Shown here one piece after another: positions 29,536 through 38,525 of a DNA stretch of 48,095 bases; within the stretch, counting starts at the first letter, position 1; each line of letters begins with the position of its first letter. Under the pieces are notes generated by a model, which had not been told where the DNA came from, searched no databases, and saw only the letters and a program-made list of their open reading frames with translations. The stretch is taken from sequence record SRR20825019_1265, one strand, 5' to 3'. Made by a program: the position numbers and the translations under genes.

Positions 29536-30009
29536 CTATTGGGATTGGAACGCCGTCAGCTTCCAGGTGTCACCATCGAACACGATGTCGCGGGACGTGA
29601 CCAACCTGCCGCCGAGCGCCCGAGGCCAGAACGTCTGCGCTGCAACGTTGGCGTGGGGCACAGCGATATGCCAGACGCCGGGATGTGCTCCCAGGGCAAG
29701 ATCGAGCGCCGCTCTGCCGACGCCCCTGCCCCGATGGGTGCGCAGCACGAAGAACTCCGCCATGAACCAGCATGGTTTTCGACCAGTGAGCGGGCATTCG
29801 TCGATGACCAGCGCGAAGCCCGCAATCTCATCGCCTGACATAATGAAATAGGGATGGCGCCAGAAGCGGTCGAGAAAGTCGTATGCAAACCGGCCGTCTG
29901 GCCCGACTGGAAACGGCATGAACTCGGTCATGTCGTGCAGGTAGAGCTGGATCAGATTGGCGATCGCGGTTTTGTCCTCGTCCTTCGCCCTGCGGATCGA
30001 TACGGTCAT
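29536..30009 (-). CDS. GNAT N-acetyltransferase
   Basis: LIQLYLHDM.EF, IAGFAL, AEFFVLRTHRGRGVG acetyl-CoA motif, N..AQ.FW. Confidence 0.88.
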   Translation of the reverse strand: MTVSIRRAKDEDKTAIANLIQLYLHDMTEFMPFPVGPDGRFAYDFLDRFWRHPYFIMSGDEIAGFALVIDECPLTGRKPCWFMAEFFVLRTHRGRGVGRAALDLALGAHPGVWHIAVPHANVAAQTFWPRALGGRLVTSRDIVFDGDTWKLTAFQSQ

Positions 30010-30839
30010 GCCGATTCTCCCTTAGAGAACGCTTCGAATAGCGCCCTGATGCGCGCAGTCTGACGAAGTTCCATGGGGGCCAGGAGCCAGATGGCTATAC
30101 TGAAGGCCGGGACGTCCGATATGCGAACCAGGTCGGGCGACGCGTCGGCGAGTGCGGCAGGGACGAGACCTGCGCCGAGGCCTGCCTCGACGGCCCGAAA
30201 CATGGCTAGCGGCGTGGGCACGCTGGCCTGAGGCCTGGCAGTGGGGTGGGCTTTGCGCAACCAGCGAGCGGCCGGCTGGCTGCAGTCGCGATTGCCATAT
30301 TCGATCCAGGGCAGATCGGCCGTTTTGGCCGCATCGTCGGCGCGCACATAGGGATAGAAAACCAGTTTGCCGATTTCCCTGCCAAACAGATGGTCATCGG
30401 GCGCATTGGTCGCCCGCAGCGCGACCTCGGCCTCGCGCCGGGACAGATTGCGCAGTTCCGAACCGATTTCCAGGGATATGTCGATCTCCGGGTGGTGGGT
30501 ACGAAAGCGCGCGAGTATTGGCATGTAGAGCCAGGCCAGCACGTCGACGGTGGTCAGCTTGATATGGCCGGTCAAACGATGATCGCGACCTGTGATATCG
30601 CGCTCAAGTCCCGCCAGCTCGGCTTCGATGCGGCGCGCGGTTTCGAGGAGACGTTCACCCTCGGGGGTCAGGACGACGCCGTCATCCCGACGCTCTGCCA
30701 GAAGCGTGCCGTAATGCGCTTCAAGTTCCTTAAGCTTGCGCGACACGGTGGTGTGCGCCACACCGAGCCGCCGCGCGGCGCCTGTGAAGCTTCGCGCATC
30801 GTCCAGCGCTGCAAAGATCGACAGGTCTGGCGGACTCAT
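30006..30839 (-). CDS. LysR-family regulator
   Basis: SFTGAARRLGVAHTTVSRKLKELE, LTPEGE, LSRREAEVALR. ATGA overlap with the GNAT gene. Confidence 0.92.
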   Translation of the reverse strand: MSPPDLSIFAALDDARSFTGAARRLGVAHTTVSRKLKELEAHYGTLLAERRDDGVVLTPEGERLLETARRIEAELAGLERDITGRDHRLTGHIKLTTVDVLAWLYMPILARFRTHHPEIDISLEIGSELRNLSRREAEVALRATNAPDDHLFGREIGKLVFYPYVRADDAAKTADLPWIEYGNRDCSQPAARWLRKAHPTARPQASVPTPLAMFRAVEAGLGAGLVPAALADASPDLVRISDVPAFSIAIWLLAPMELRQTARIRALFEAFSKGESA

Positions 30840-30935
30840 TGAACATTCCTGCACATCTAGGGCGAATTATCGCGCGTTGACGGTGCGCAAGTGAACCATA
30901 GTATTCCGACTGTGACCAGTCAGGAGACCTTTCTC

Positions 30936-31343
30936 ATGTTCGTTTCTATTGCCCTTATTACGACCGGCGCGCTCGTGTTTGCTTCGGCCGCCGTGCAGCA
31001 TCTCAATACCGTCGGCTCGCGCGGAGTGGGCTTTGTCTTCACCGACCGCGCAACGCCATTGAGCCGCGAAGGCTTCTCCGGGCGAGCGGCGCGGACCTTG
31101 CAGAACAACCTTGAGTCTACGGGGATGGTCACGCCGGCCGCCCTGGTGCTGCTGTTTGCTGGTGCAGACGGCGTGGTGGTAAGTGGCGCCACGCTCATCT
31201 ACGCTCTGGCGCGCTCAGGCTTCACGATCAGCTATTGGGCGGGCATCAACAGGATGCGCTCGTTGTTCTGGGGCATCGGCATGGCGATGATTGCCGTTCT
31301 GACAGTCAACGCCATGCTTGTTGTGGTGGCCGGACTGAACTGA
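30936..31343 (+). CDS. MAPEG-family membrane protein
   Basis: ATG after AGGAG. TM segments, GRAARTLQNNLE, Y.LAR, RSLFW. Divergent from LysR. Confidence 0.75.
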   Translation: MFVSIALITTGALVFASAAVQHLNTVGSRGVGFVFTDRATPLSREGFSGRAARTLQNNLESTGMVTPAALVLLFAGADGVVVSGATLIYALARSGFTISYWAGINRMRSLFWGIGMAMIAVLTVNAMLVVVAGLN

Positions 31344-31346
31344 CGG

Positions 31347-33242
31347 CTATTCCGCCGCCGGCGCGCCGCGCTTGACGAAGCCATCCGGGTCATCCTGGGT
31401 GCGGGCCAGCAATTCGGCGGCCTCGTTGGCTTCGCGCTGGCGATTCCACATCTGGGCGTAAAGGCCATCCTGCCGCAGCAAATTGGCATGATCGCCGCGC
31501 TCGGCGATCTGCCCGTCGCGCAGCACCAGTATTTCGTCGGCGTTGACGACAGTTGAGAGGCGGTGAGCGATGACGACAGTGGTGCGATTGCGCGATACCT
31601 CATCCAGCGCGGCCTGAATGTCCCGTTCAGTCTTGGTATCCAGGGCCGAGGTGGCCTCGTCGAGAATAAGGATCGAGGGCGACTTGAGGATGGTGCGGGC
31701 GATGGCAACGCGTTGCTTTTCACCGCCCGAGAGTTTCAGACCGCGTTCGCCTACCGGGGTGTTGTACCCCTTGGGCAGCGTCTCGATGAAATCGGCAACC
31801 TGGGCCATGCGCGCGGCGTCCTTGACCTCTTCGGCAGAGGCGCCCGGACGGCCATATTCGATATTGTAGCCGATGGTGTCGTTGAACAGCACGGTGTCCT
31901 GGGGAACCATGCCGATGGCCGAACGCAGGCTCTCCTGGGTGACATCGCGCAGATCCTGCCCGTCAATGGTCACGCGACCTCCGGTGACGTCATAGAAGCG
32001 GAAGAGCAGGCGCGAAATGGTCGACTTGCCCGCGCCGGTCGGGCCGACAATGGCCACGGTCTTGCCGGCGGGGACTTCGAAGCTAACCCCCTTGAGGATC
32101 GGGCGGTCAGGATCGTAGTGGAAGCTGACATCCTCAAAGCGGATGACAGGGCCGGTCACGGCAAGCGACTTCGCGCCGGGCTTGTCCTGGATCTCGGGAT
32201 CCTGGTCGAGCAGCTTGAACATTTCCTCGATATCGGTGAGGCCCTGGCGGAGCTCGCGATAGACGAAGCCGATGAAGTTGAGCGGCCGGTAGATCTGCAT
32301 CAGGAAGGTGTTGAGCAGGACAAAATCGCCCAGGGTCAGCGTACCATCCATGACGCCCAGAATGGACATGATGGAGATGACGAGGAAGCCGCCATAGAAG
32401 ATGACGGCCTGGCCGAAATTGAGAAATCCGAGGGAGGTCCAAATCCGGATGGCCGAACGTTCATAGCCTTCCATCGCGCCATCAAAACGCCTGGCTTCCA
32501 TTTCCTCGTTGGCAAAATATTTCACCGTCTCGAAGTTGAGCAGGCTGTCGATTGCCTTGCCATTGGCGTCGGTATCGCTCTCGTTCATGTCCCGGCGGAT
32601 AGAAATGCGCCAGTTCGAGGCCTTGATAGTGAAATAAAGGTAGCCCCAGATCATCACCACCAGCACGCCGAGATAGCTGATACCGAACAGCCAGACGAAG
32701 ATGATGGCGACCACGACAAACTCGACCATGGTCGGGGCGATGTTGAGCATGGCGAAACGGACGACCGTCTCGATGCCCTTGGTGCCGCGCTCGATAACGC
32801 GCGAAAGGCCGCCGGTGCGCCGCTGCAGGTGGAAGCGCAGGGACAGGCGGTGCATGTGGTGGAAGGTTTGCAGAGCCAGCTTACGCACGGCATGCTGGCC
32901 GACACTGGCGAACCAGACATCGCGCAATTGCTGGAAACCGGCATCGACAATATTGCCGATGACATAGGCGATGACCAACACCAGCGGAATTGCCAGCCCA
33001 AGGATCAGGGTCTGATCCGGCTCAGTGCCATCCAGGCTGTCGATGATGCCCTTATAGGCGAAAGGGATGAGTGTCGTGGCGACCTTGCTGGCCAATAGCG
33101 CGGCCAGCGCCATGATCACCCGCATTCTCAGATCGGGGCGATTTTCCGGCCACATATAGGACCAGAGATTACGAACCGTAGAAAATACCGATCCCTCGTC
33201 CGCGCTGACGGACGGTTTCTTCTCAGTGCTGTCAGAAGCCAT
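31347..33242 (-). CDS. Atm1/HMT1-type ABCB half-transporter
   Basis: LSLRFHLQRRTGGLSRVIERG, DSLLNFETVKYF, PLNFIG, GPTGAGKS, LSGGEKQR, LDEATSALD. Its ATG overlaps the ArsR stop (TGATG). Confidence 0.93.
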   Translation of the reverse strand: MASDSTEKKPSVSADEGSVFSTVRNLWSYMWPENRPDLRMRVIMALAALLASKVATTLIPFAYKGIIDSLDGTEPDQTLILGLAIPLVLVIAYVIGNIVDAGFQQLRDVWFASVGQHAVRKLALQTFHHMHRLSLRFHLQRRTGGLSRVIERGTKGIETVVRFAMLNIAPTMVEFVVVAIIFVWLFGISYLGVLVVMIWGYLYFTIKASNWRISIRRDMNESDTDANGKAIDSLLNFETVKYFANEEMEARRFDGAMEGYERSAIRIWTSLGFLNFGQAVIFYGGFLVISIMSILGVMDGTLTLGDFVLLNTFLMQIYRPLNFIGFVYRELRQGLTDIEEMFKLLDQDPEIQDKPGAKSLAVTGPVIRFEDVSFHYDPDRPILKGVSFEVPAGKTVAIVGPTGAGKSTISRLLFRFYDVTGGRVTIDGQDLRDVTQESLRSAIGMVPQDTVLFNDTIGYNIEYGRPGASAEEVKDAARMAQVADFIETLPKGYNTPVGERGLKLSGGEKQRVAIARTILKSPSILILDEATSALDTKTERDIQAALDEVSRNRTTVVIAHRLSTVVNADEILVLRDGQIAERGDHANLLRQDGLYAQMWNRQREANEAAELLARTQDDPDGFVKRGAPAAE

Positions 33243-33562
33243 CAGGCCAGTTCCGTTTCCTTGTTGGCGGCGACGGGCGCCAGCCCCTTGAGGAGACCGC
33301 CAAAGGCCGAATTGAGTTCGGCCAGTCTGTCGTGGCGGAGACAATAGCGATTGCGCGTACCATGCGGCTTGCGCTCGATAAGGCCTGCATCGAGCAGGAC
33401 CTTGATATGCTGGGATACGGTCGACTGGGCAAGGGTCAGGCTGTCCGTCACATCGGCGCAGCAGCATTGACCCTGCTGCTGGGTGGCCAGAATGCGCAGA
33501 ATTTCCAGCCGTACGGGGTGCCCAAGTGCGCGCATGGTATTGGCAATGTCATCATCATGCAT
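33242..33562 (-). CDS. ArsR/SmtB metalloregulator with CCC motif
   Basis: RALGHPVRLEIL, QCCCAD, LAQSTVSQHIKVLLDAGLI, NRYCL. Start taken at ATG 33562 (uncertain). Confidence 0.88.
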   Translation of the reverse strand: MHDDDIANTMRALGHPVRLEILRILATQQQGQCCCADVTDSLTLAQSTVSQHIKVLLDAGLIERKPHGTRNRYCLRHDRLAELNSAFGGLLKGLAPVAANKETELA

Positions 33563-33673
33563 GGCGCTGTGCTCGACATGTCGGGACCGCGCAATGGGGT
33601 CCGCGCTGTCCGGTTGATCGGTGGATTGCGATGGAAGATGGGGGTTGCGACGCGGAAAATCAATAGGCCCGTG

Positions 33674-33699
33674 AAAACGGCGCCTTTCGGCGCCGTTTT
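33674..33699 (-). terminator. intrinsic terminator of the LysM gene
   Basis: Perfect AAAACGGCGCC-tttc-GGCGCCGTTTT. Confidence 0.85.
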
Positions 33700-33707
33700 C
33701 TGGTGGA

Positions 33708-35873
33708 CTATTGAGCCAGTGCATCCTCGGGCAGGTCGAAGACCTGACCGGGATAGATCCGGTCCGGATCGCGGATCTGCCCGGTGTTGGCCTGGTAGAT
33801 CGTGGTGTATTTGAGCCCCTCGCCATAAACACGGCGCGCGATAGTCCAAAGATTATCGCCGCGGCGAATAATGGCCCTGCCGGAGGCGAAACGCTGCGCG
33901 TCCGGATCCCCCAGGGACACTGCGACCATAGTCGGGACGGCTGGCTCGTCCGAAACAATTTCCGCAGGCGCCTCAACCGGTTCGGCCGAAGCTTGCTGGG
34001 GTTGCTCTGTTGCGGACGTATCTGTCCCGGACGGGGCAGTCGCCGGATCAGCAGCCGGCACAGGTTCAACCTGTTCGCTCTCTGCGACCTGCTGAGCAGG
34101 CCCTTCAGTTTGCTGCTCCGGTTCGGTAGCAACCGGCTCCGGAGTGTCGACAGGCTGTGGGGTCATCTCTTCGGCCTCTGCGACCTCAGGTACAGCAACA
34201 GGCTGATCGGGCGTGGCCGCCGCAGGCTCGGCCGGAGCGTCCGTCGCCGGGGTGGTAGTCGCGGGAGCTGTGGGTTCCGGCGCCGTGTCAGCTTCGCTCC
34301 CCGGCACTGACACCGGTGCCTCAGCCACATCGACCGGCGTTTCGACACCCGGCACATCCACGACGAAGTCGACTTCGGCGCGCGCGATGACGTCGGCGGC
34401 GCCGGGTTGCAACAGGTCAACGCGCACCCGCTGGCTGGGTGAATCCAGGACCGGACCGGCCTCGACCAGCCAGCGACCGCCTTCGACCGTCGTGTCGGCG
34501 ACGAAGCTGTCGTCGACATAGAGGCGAATAATGCCCCCATCGGGCCCGGCACCAGCAAAGAAGGTGCGATCGTTCTCGAGCTCGATTGCATCAATGGTCG
34601 GCGGCACTACAGTGGTTTGCACCGGCGCAGGTTCCTCTACAGGCGTCTCATCCACAACTGGTTCATCGGGGGCGGCCACAGGAGCCTCAGCGGCATCGGC
34701 CGCGGTCTCAGGAGTTGTCCCAGAGGCGACTGAGGGCTCGGCAGCCGGCTCAGCTAACTCTGTCGCTTCCGCGACTGCTACTGGTTCAGTCGCGTCATCG
34801 GTGGCTTCGGCCCCTTGGGTCTCAGGCGTCTCTCGGGTCTCAGGCGTCTCTCGGGTCTCGGGCGCCCCTTGTGTCGCGGGCGTCTCTGGCGTGGCGGGTG
34901 CCGCCTCGGTTGCGGATGCCGATGACGCTTCTGATTCTGCCGCCTCAGGCAGGCCCGCAACCTCCATGGCAGGTGTTTCGGCCGGTTGACCTGCTGCGGT
35001 CTCGGTCTCGGGCACGACCGGTTCGCTTTCAGGCGCTGTCGATGGTTGGGGCGCGACAGGTTGGTCGACCGGTTCGGCCTCGACGGCCTCACTCTCAGCT
35101 GCCGGGTCAACGGCACTAGCGGGCTCGCTTGTCTCGGCAGGCTCGGGTGTGGCAGCAGAGGCTGGCGCCTCGGTGGTTGTCGGCTCCTGAGCGGGTTCGG
35201 GCGCCCGGGCAATCTGGACCGGGTCCGTCAGGCCCTGGAGCACTTCGCTGGCCTCGCCCGGGGTGCTGGCAACCACCAGAGGCTGGCTGGTCTTGTTTTC
35301 GTCTATGACGACAACAAAAGAATCCTCGGCGGTGCCGGGCTTACCCTCTTCACCCAGCGTGATCTCCAGGCCGCCAGGCGGCAGCGGCGCATCGGGCACA
35401 AAGACCCAGTCACCGCTCGATTCCACCTCAGCGGTGCCGAGCAGTTCGCCATTGGCGAAGACTTCAACGCGACTGCCTGGTGTACCGCTACCGGCGATGA
35501 CAACGGAGCCATCAGGCTCGGCGCGCAGCAGCCCGAATGTGGCGGCTACAACCTGATCCACGTCGGATTCGGCCTCGGCTCCGGCTTCCACGGGTGGTGT
35601 CACATCGAGTTCGGGTTCGGCGGGGACCGCTTCCTCGACACTGGTGACAACCTCTTCGGCGGGCGCTTCGGTTTCGGCAACAGCGGGCGCCGGCGGAGCC
35701 GGAATCAGACCGACTTCGACCATCTTGCCGCGCAGGCACTGCCCCATTCCATCGGGGCTGTTGAAACAGGTGACAATCGATGGACCGGACAGAACGCCTA
35801 GAACAACGAGTAAAGTGACTGCCGCTGCCCCGATCGTCAGAGCCAGAGGTCGTTTCGGAGCGGTTTCGGCCAG
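33708..35873 (-). CDS. membrane-anchored LysM peptidoglycan-binding protein with two Ig-like domains and acidic Pro/Ala/Glu linkers; probable CTG start
   Basis: C-terminal LysM IIRRGDNLWTIARRVYGEG..YTTIYQAN..QIRDPDRIYPGQVF. Ig-like GSVVIAG...G.W and FFAG...GRW segments. In-frame N-terminal TM upstream of ATG 35747. Confidence 0.85.
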   Translation of the reverse strand: MAETAPKRPLALTIGAAAVTLLVVLGVLSGPSIVTCFNSPDGMGQCLRGKMVEVGLIPAPPAPAVAETEAPAEEVVTSVEEAVPAEPELDVTPPVEAGAEAESDVDQVVAATFGLLRAEPDGSVVIAGSGTPGSRVEVFANGELLGTAEVESSGDWVFVPDAPLPPGGLEITLGEEGKPGTAEDSFVVVIDENKTSQPLVVASTPGEASEVLQGLTDPVQIARAPEPAQEPTTTEAPASAATPEPAETSEPASAVDPAAESEAVEAEPVDQPVAPQPSTAPESEPVVPETETAAGQPAETPAMEVAGLPEAAESEASSASATEAAPATPETPATQGAPETRETPETRETPETQGAEATDDATEPVAVAEATELAEPAAEPSVASGTTPETAADAAEAPVAAPDEPVVDETPVEEPAPVQTTVVPPTIDAIELENDRTFFAGAGPDGGIIRLYVDDSFVADTTVEGGRWLVEAGPVLDSPSQRVRVDLLQPGAADVIARAEVDFVVDVPGVETPVDVAEAPVSVPGSEADTAPEPTAPATTTPATDAPAEPAAATPDQPVAVPEVAEAEEMTPQPVDTPEPVATEPEQQTEGPAQQVAESEQVEPVPAADPATAPSGTDTSATEQPQQASAEPVEAPAEIVSDEPAVPTMVAVSLGDPDAQRFASGRAIIRRGDNLWTIARRVYGEGLKYTTIYQANTGQIRDPDRIYPGQVFDLPEDALAQ
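34817..34864 (-). repeat. 18-bp in-frame tandem repeat (~2.6 copies; PETRET)
   Basis: GGGTCTCAGGCGTCTCTC at 34817-34834 and 34835-34852, then partial GGGTCTCGGGCG. Confidence 0.85.
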
Positions 35874-35896
35874 TTTGCCCTCCCGGTAAAATTCAA

Positions 35897-37540
35897 TCAG
35901 CCGGCGAGCGTTTTCGCCTGGCTGGTGTTTGCCCCCAGTGTCGAATCCTGTGCCGCCTCAGTCTTCAACAGCTTGTATGTGATTGATTCATACAGAGCTT
36001 CAAACGAGGCATCAATGATATTGGGCGAAACGCCGATAGTTACCCAGCGCTCACCGCTGCCGTCGCGGCTTTCGACCAGTACACGGGTGACCGCGCCCGT
36101 GCCGCCGTCCAGGATACGGACCTTGAAGTCCACCAGCTCAAGATCCTCGATTCGGGACGAATATTTGCCCAGATCCTTGCGCAGGGCCTGGTCCAGGGCG
36201 TTGACCGGGCCATTGCCCTCGGCCACCGACATCAGCAATTCGCCATCGACCCGGATTTTGACCACGGCTTCGGTGACCGTGACCTCCTCGCCAAGGGCGT
36301 TGTGGCGCCGCTCGACCATGGCGCGATAGTGCTCGACGTCGAAAAAGTCGGGGAGCGTGCCGAGGACGCGGCGGGCAAGCACAGCGAAGGACGCATCGGC
36401 GCCGTCATAGGAATAGCCCCGGGATTCGCGTTCCTTGACGGTAGCGAGCAGCTTTTCCAGCTTCGGGTCGTCCTTTTCTAGCGCGATATCGTGCCGGGCC
36501 AATGCGGTGAGCAGGTTGGACTTGCCAGCCTGTTGGGACACCATGATGGCACGTTCATTGCCGACGCTTTCGGGCGGCACATGCTCATAGGTGGAAAAGT
36601 CCTTGAGCAGGGCGGAAGCGTGAATACCCGCCTTGGTCGCGAAGGCAGATGCTCCCACATAGGGCGCCTGCCGCGCCGGCGCGCGGTTGAGTCGGTCATC
36701 GAAAGCGCGGGAAATGTGCGTGAGGCGCGAGAGGTGTTCGGGGGTGATGCCGGTTTCGAAGCGTTCGGCATAATAGCGCTTGAGGGCAAGGGTCGGGATC
36801 AGCGTCACCAGATTGGCGTTGCCGCAACGTTCGCCCAGTCCATTCAGTGTGCCCTGGATCTGGCAGACCCCGGCCTCGACCGCCGCCAAGGCGTTGGCAA
36901 CGGCCTGGCCGGTGTCGTCATGAGGATGGATGCCCAGACGATCACCGGGCGCGATGGCCAGCACGTCCGCAATGATTTCGCGCACCTCCGAGGGCATGGT
37001 GCCGCCATTGGTGTCGCAGAGCACGACCCAGCGCGCGCCGGCCTCAAGGGCTGTCTTCACGCAGGTCAGGGCATAGGTGCGATTGGCCTTGTAGCCATCG
37101 AAGAAGTGCTCGAGATCGACCAGCACTTCCTTATTGCCGTCCGAGGCGGTACGAACAGAATCGGCAATCCCTTCGAGATGTTCTTCGGTGCTGCAGCCAA
37201 GCGCCAGCTCGACCTGGTAGTCCCAGGCCTTGGCAACATAGCAAACGGCCCCGGCCGCTGAATTGACCAGCCCCATGACACCAGGATCATTGGCAGCCGA
37301 GCGCCCTGCCCGCTTGGTCATGCCGAAGGCCGTGAAGATGGCTTTTTTGGTACGCTTTTCCTCGAAGAATGCCGTATCGACCGGATTAGCGCCCGGATAG
37401 CCGCCTTCAATATAGTCCACGCCAATCTGTTCGAGCATGCCGGCGATGGCGATCTTGTCCTCTAGAGAGAACTCGATGCCGGCGGTCTGCGCGCCGTCGC
37501 GCAGGGTGGTGTCGAAGAGATAGAGGCGTGTGCGGGACAT
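35897..37540 (-). CDS. cimA: citramalate synthase (LeuA/CimA family)
   Basis: DTTLRDGAQ, IEGGYPGANP, EHFFDG, LCDTNGG, GERCGNANL, PYVG.SAF..KAGIH, GNGPVNALD, TRVL.ES; bacterial CimA subfamily pattern. Confidence 0.85.
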   Translation of the reverse strand: MSRTRLYLFDTTLRDGAQTAGIEFSLEDKIAIAGMLEQIGVDYIEGGYPGANPVDTAFFEEKRTKKAIFTAFGMTKRAGRSAANDPGVMGLVNSAAGAVCYVAKAWDYQVELALGCSTEEHLEGIADSVRTASDGNKEVLVDLEHFFDGYKANRTYALTCVKTALEAGARWVVLCDTNGGTMPSEVREIIADVLAIAPGDRLGIHPHDDTGQAVANALAAVEAGVCQIQGTLNGLGERCGNANLVTLIPTLALKRYYAERFETGITPEHLSRLTHISRAFDDRLNRAPARQAPYVGASAFATKAGIHASALLKDFSTYEHVPPESVGNERAIMVSQQAGKSNLLTALARHDIALEKDDPKLEKLLATVKERESRGYSYDGADASFAVLARRVLGTLPDFFDVEHYRAMVERRHNALGEEVTVTEAVVKIRVDGELLMSVAEGNGPVNALDQALRKDLGKYSSRIEDLELVDFKVRILDGGTGAVTRVLVESRDGSGERWVTIGVSPNIIDASFEALYESITYKLLKTEAAQDSTLGANTSQAKTLAG

Positions 37541-37557
37541 AAGGGGCCTAACTCGAT

Positions 37558-38052
37558 TTACTGCTGCCTGGGGGGCCAGAAGTCGGTGTCATGGTCGGGG
37601 TGCTGATGGTTGGAGGCGCGGATGGCACTCCACCAGTCCTGGCTTTCGTCCTCGGTCGATCCGCCATGCTCGATGGTTGGCAGCGTATCAAACCATGGGA
37701 CGCGGCTTTCATTGCCGGTATTGGTGCCGGGCGGAAAAAGCTCGGGATGGTCGAGCGATCCAATGGTGAAATTGACCCGGTTGCCGGTGGTATCTTCGTA
37801 GAACAAAGGCGTGCCGCACTGGGCACAGAAGCCGCGATCGACATGCTCGGAACTGCGGAAGCGCGCCGGTTCACCGCGGGTCCAGGTGATCGCCTCGCGC
37901 GGGGCAGCGACGAGCGCAGCAAAGATGTTGCCGACGGCCTTCTGGCACATGCGACAGTGGCAGATGTGGGAATTGTCCATCATCTCGGTGGCGTGATAGC
38001 GCACGGCGCCACATTGGCAGCCGCCGCTGACTTCGATCTTGTAGCGGTCCAT
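37558..38052 (-). CDS. GFA/CENP-V family protein
   Basis: GGCQCGAVRY, CHCRMCQK, FCAQCGTPL. Confidence 0.9.
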   Translation of the reverse strand: MDRYKIEVSGGCQCGAVRYHATEMMDNSHICHCRMCQKAVGNIFAALVAAPREAITWTRGEPARFRSSEHVDRGFCAQCGTPLFYEDTTGNRVNFTIGSLDHPELFPPGTNTGNESRVPWFDTLPTIEHGGSTEDESQDWWSAIRASNHQHPDHDTDFWPPRQQ

Positions 38053-38525
38053 CAGGTCTCCTCCCTCGGGGGCCAGTCATTGGTATCGTGATCTGGATGC
38101 TGGTTGGAATGGATGCCGGCCATGAAGTCACGCCATTCGTCGCTGACATCATGGCGTTCAGGCAGCGTGCTGAGCCCGGCAAAGAAGGGTTGCCTGTCGG
38201 TCAGATTGACCTGGATTTCGGGGGCGGCGACATTTGGATCGTCGAAGGCGCCAATGGCCAGTTCGATGCCGAAACGCGTCTCATAAGCGAGCGGCGTGCC
38301 ACATTCGCCGCAGAAGGCGCGGCGGGCCGCGTTGGAACTCTGGAACCATTTTGGTACGCCCCTGGTCCATACGGCGTTGTGTGCCGTGACCAGGGGCCCG
38401 AAGAAGCCACCAAAGGCCTTCTGGCACATGCGGCAATGGCAGATGGAGGGCCGGCCGAGACGTGTGACGCGGAAACGAACCGCGCCACACTGGCAACCGC
38501 CGGTATGGGCTTCAGCCTGGGGCAT
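38052..38525 (-). CDS. GFA/CENP-V family protein (paralog)
   Basis: GGCQCGAVRF, CHCRMCQK, FCGECGTPL. Confidence 0.9.
   Translation of the reverse strand: MPQAEAHTGGCQCGAVRFRVTRLGRPSICHCRMCQKAFGGFFGPLVTAHNAVWTRGVPKWFQSSNAARRAFCGECGTPLAYETRFGIELAIGAFDDPNVAAPEIQVNLTDRQPFFAGLSTLPERHDVSDEWRDFMAGIHSNQHPDHDTNDWPPREET

Noticed and set aside
29536-31343. GNAT-LysR-MAPEG as a mobile insertion
   Set aside because: No transposase, integrase, terminal repeats or target duplication visible.
33563-34132. Long N-terminal extension of the ArsR ORF (likewise the extensions on trHb, Atm1, SBP and cysS in the ORF track)
   Set aside because: They overlap neighbouring genes, terminators or leaders and lack domain signal; downstream starts fit SD or coupling better.
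33900-35300. Repetitive sequence as a possible CRISPR or ncRNA array
   Set aside because: It is low-complexity Pro/Ala/Glu/Thr coding sequence with no repeat-spacer periodicity and no cas genes.
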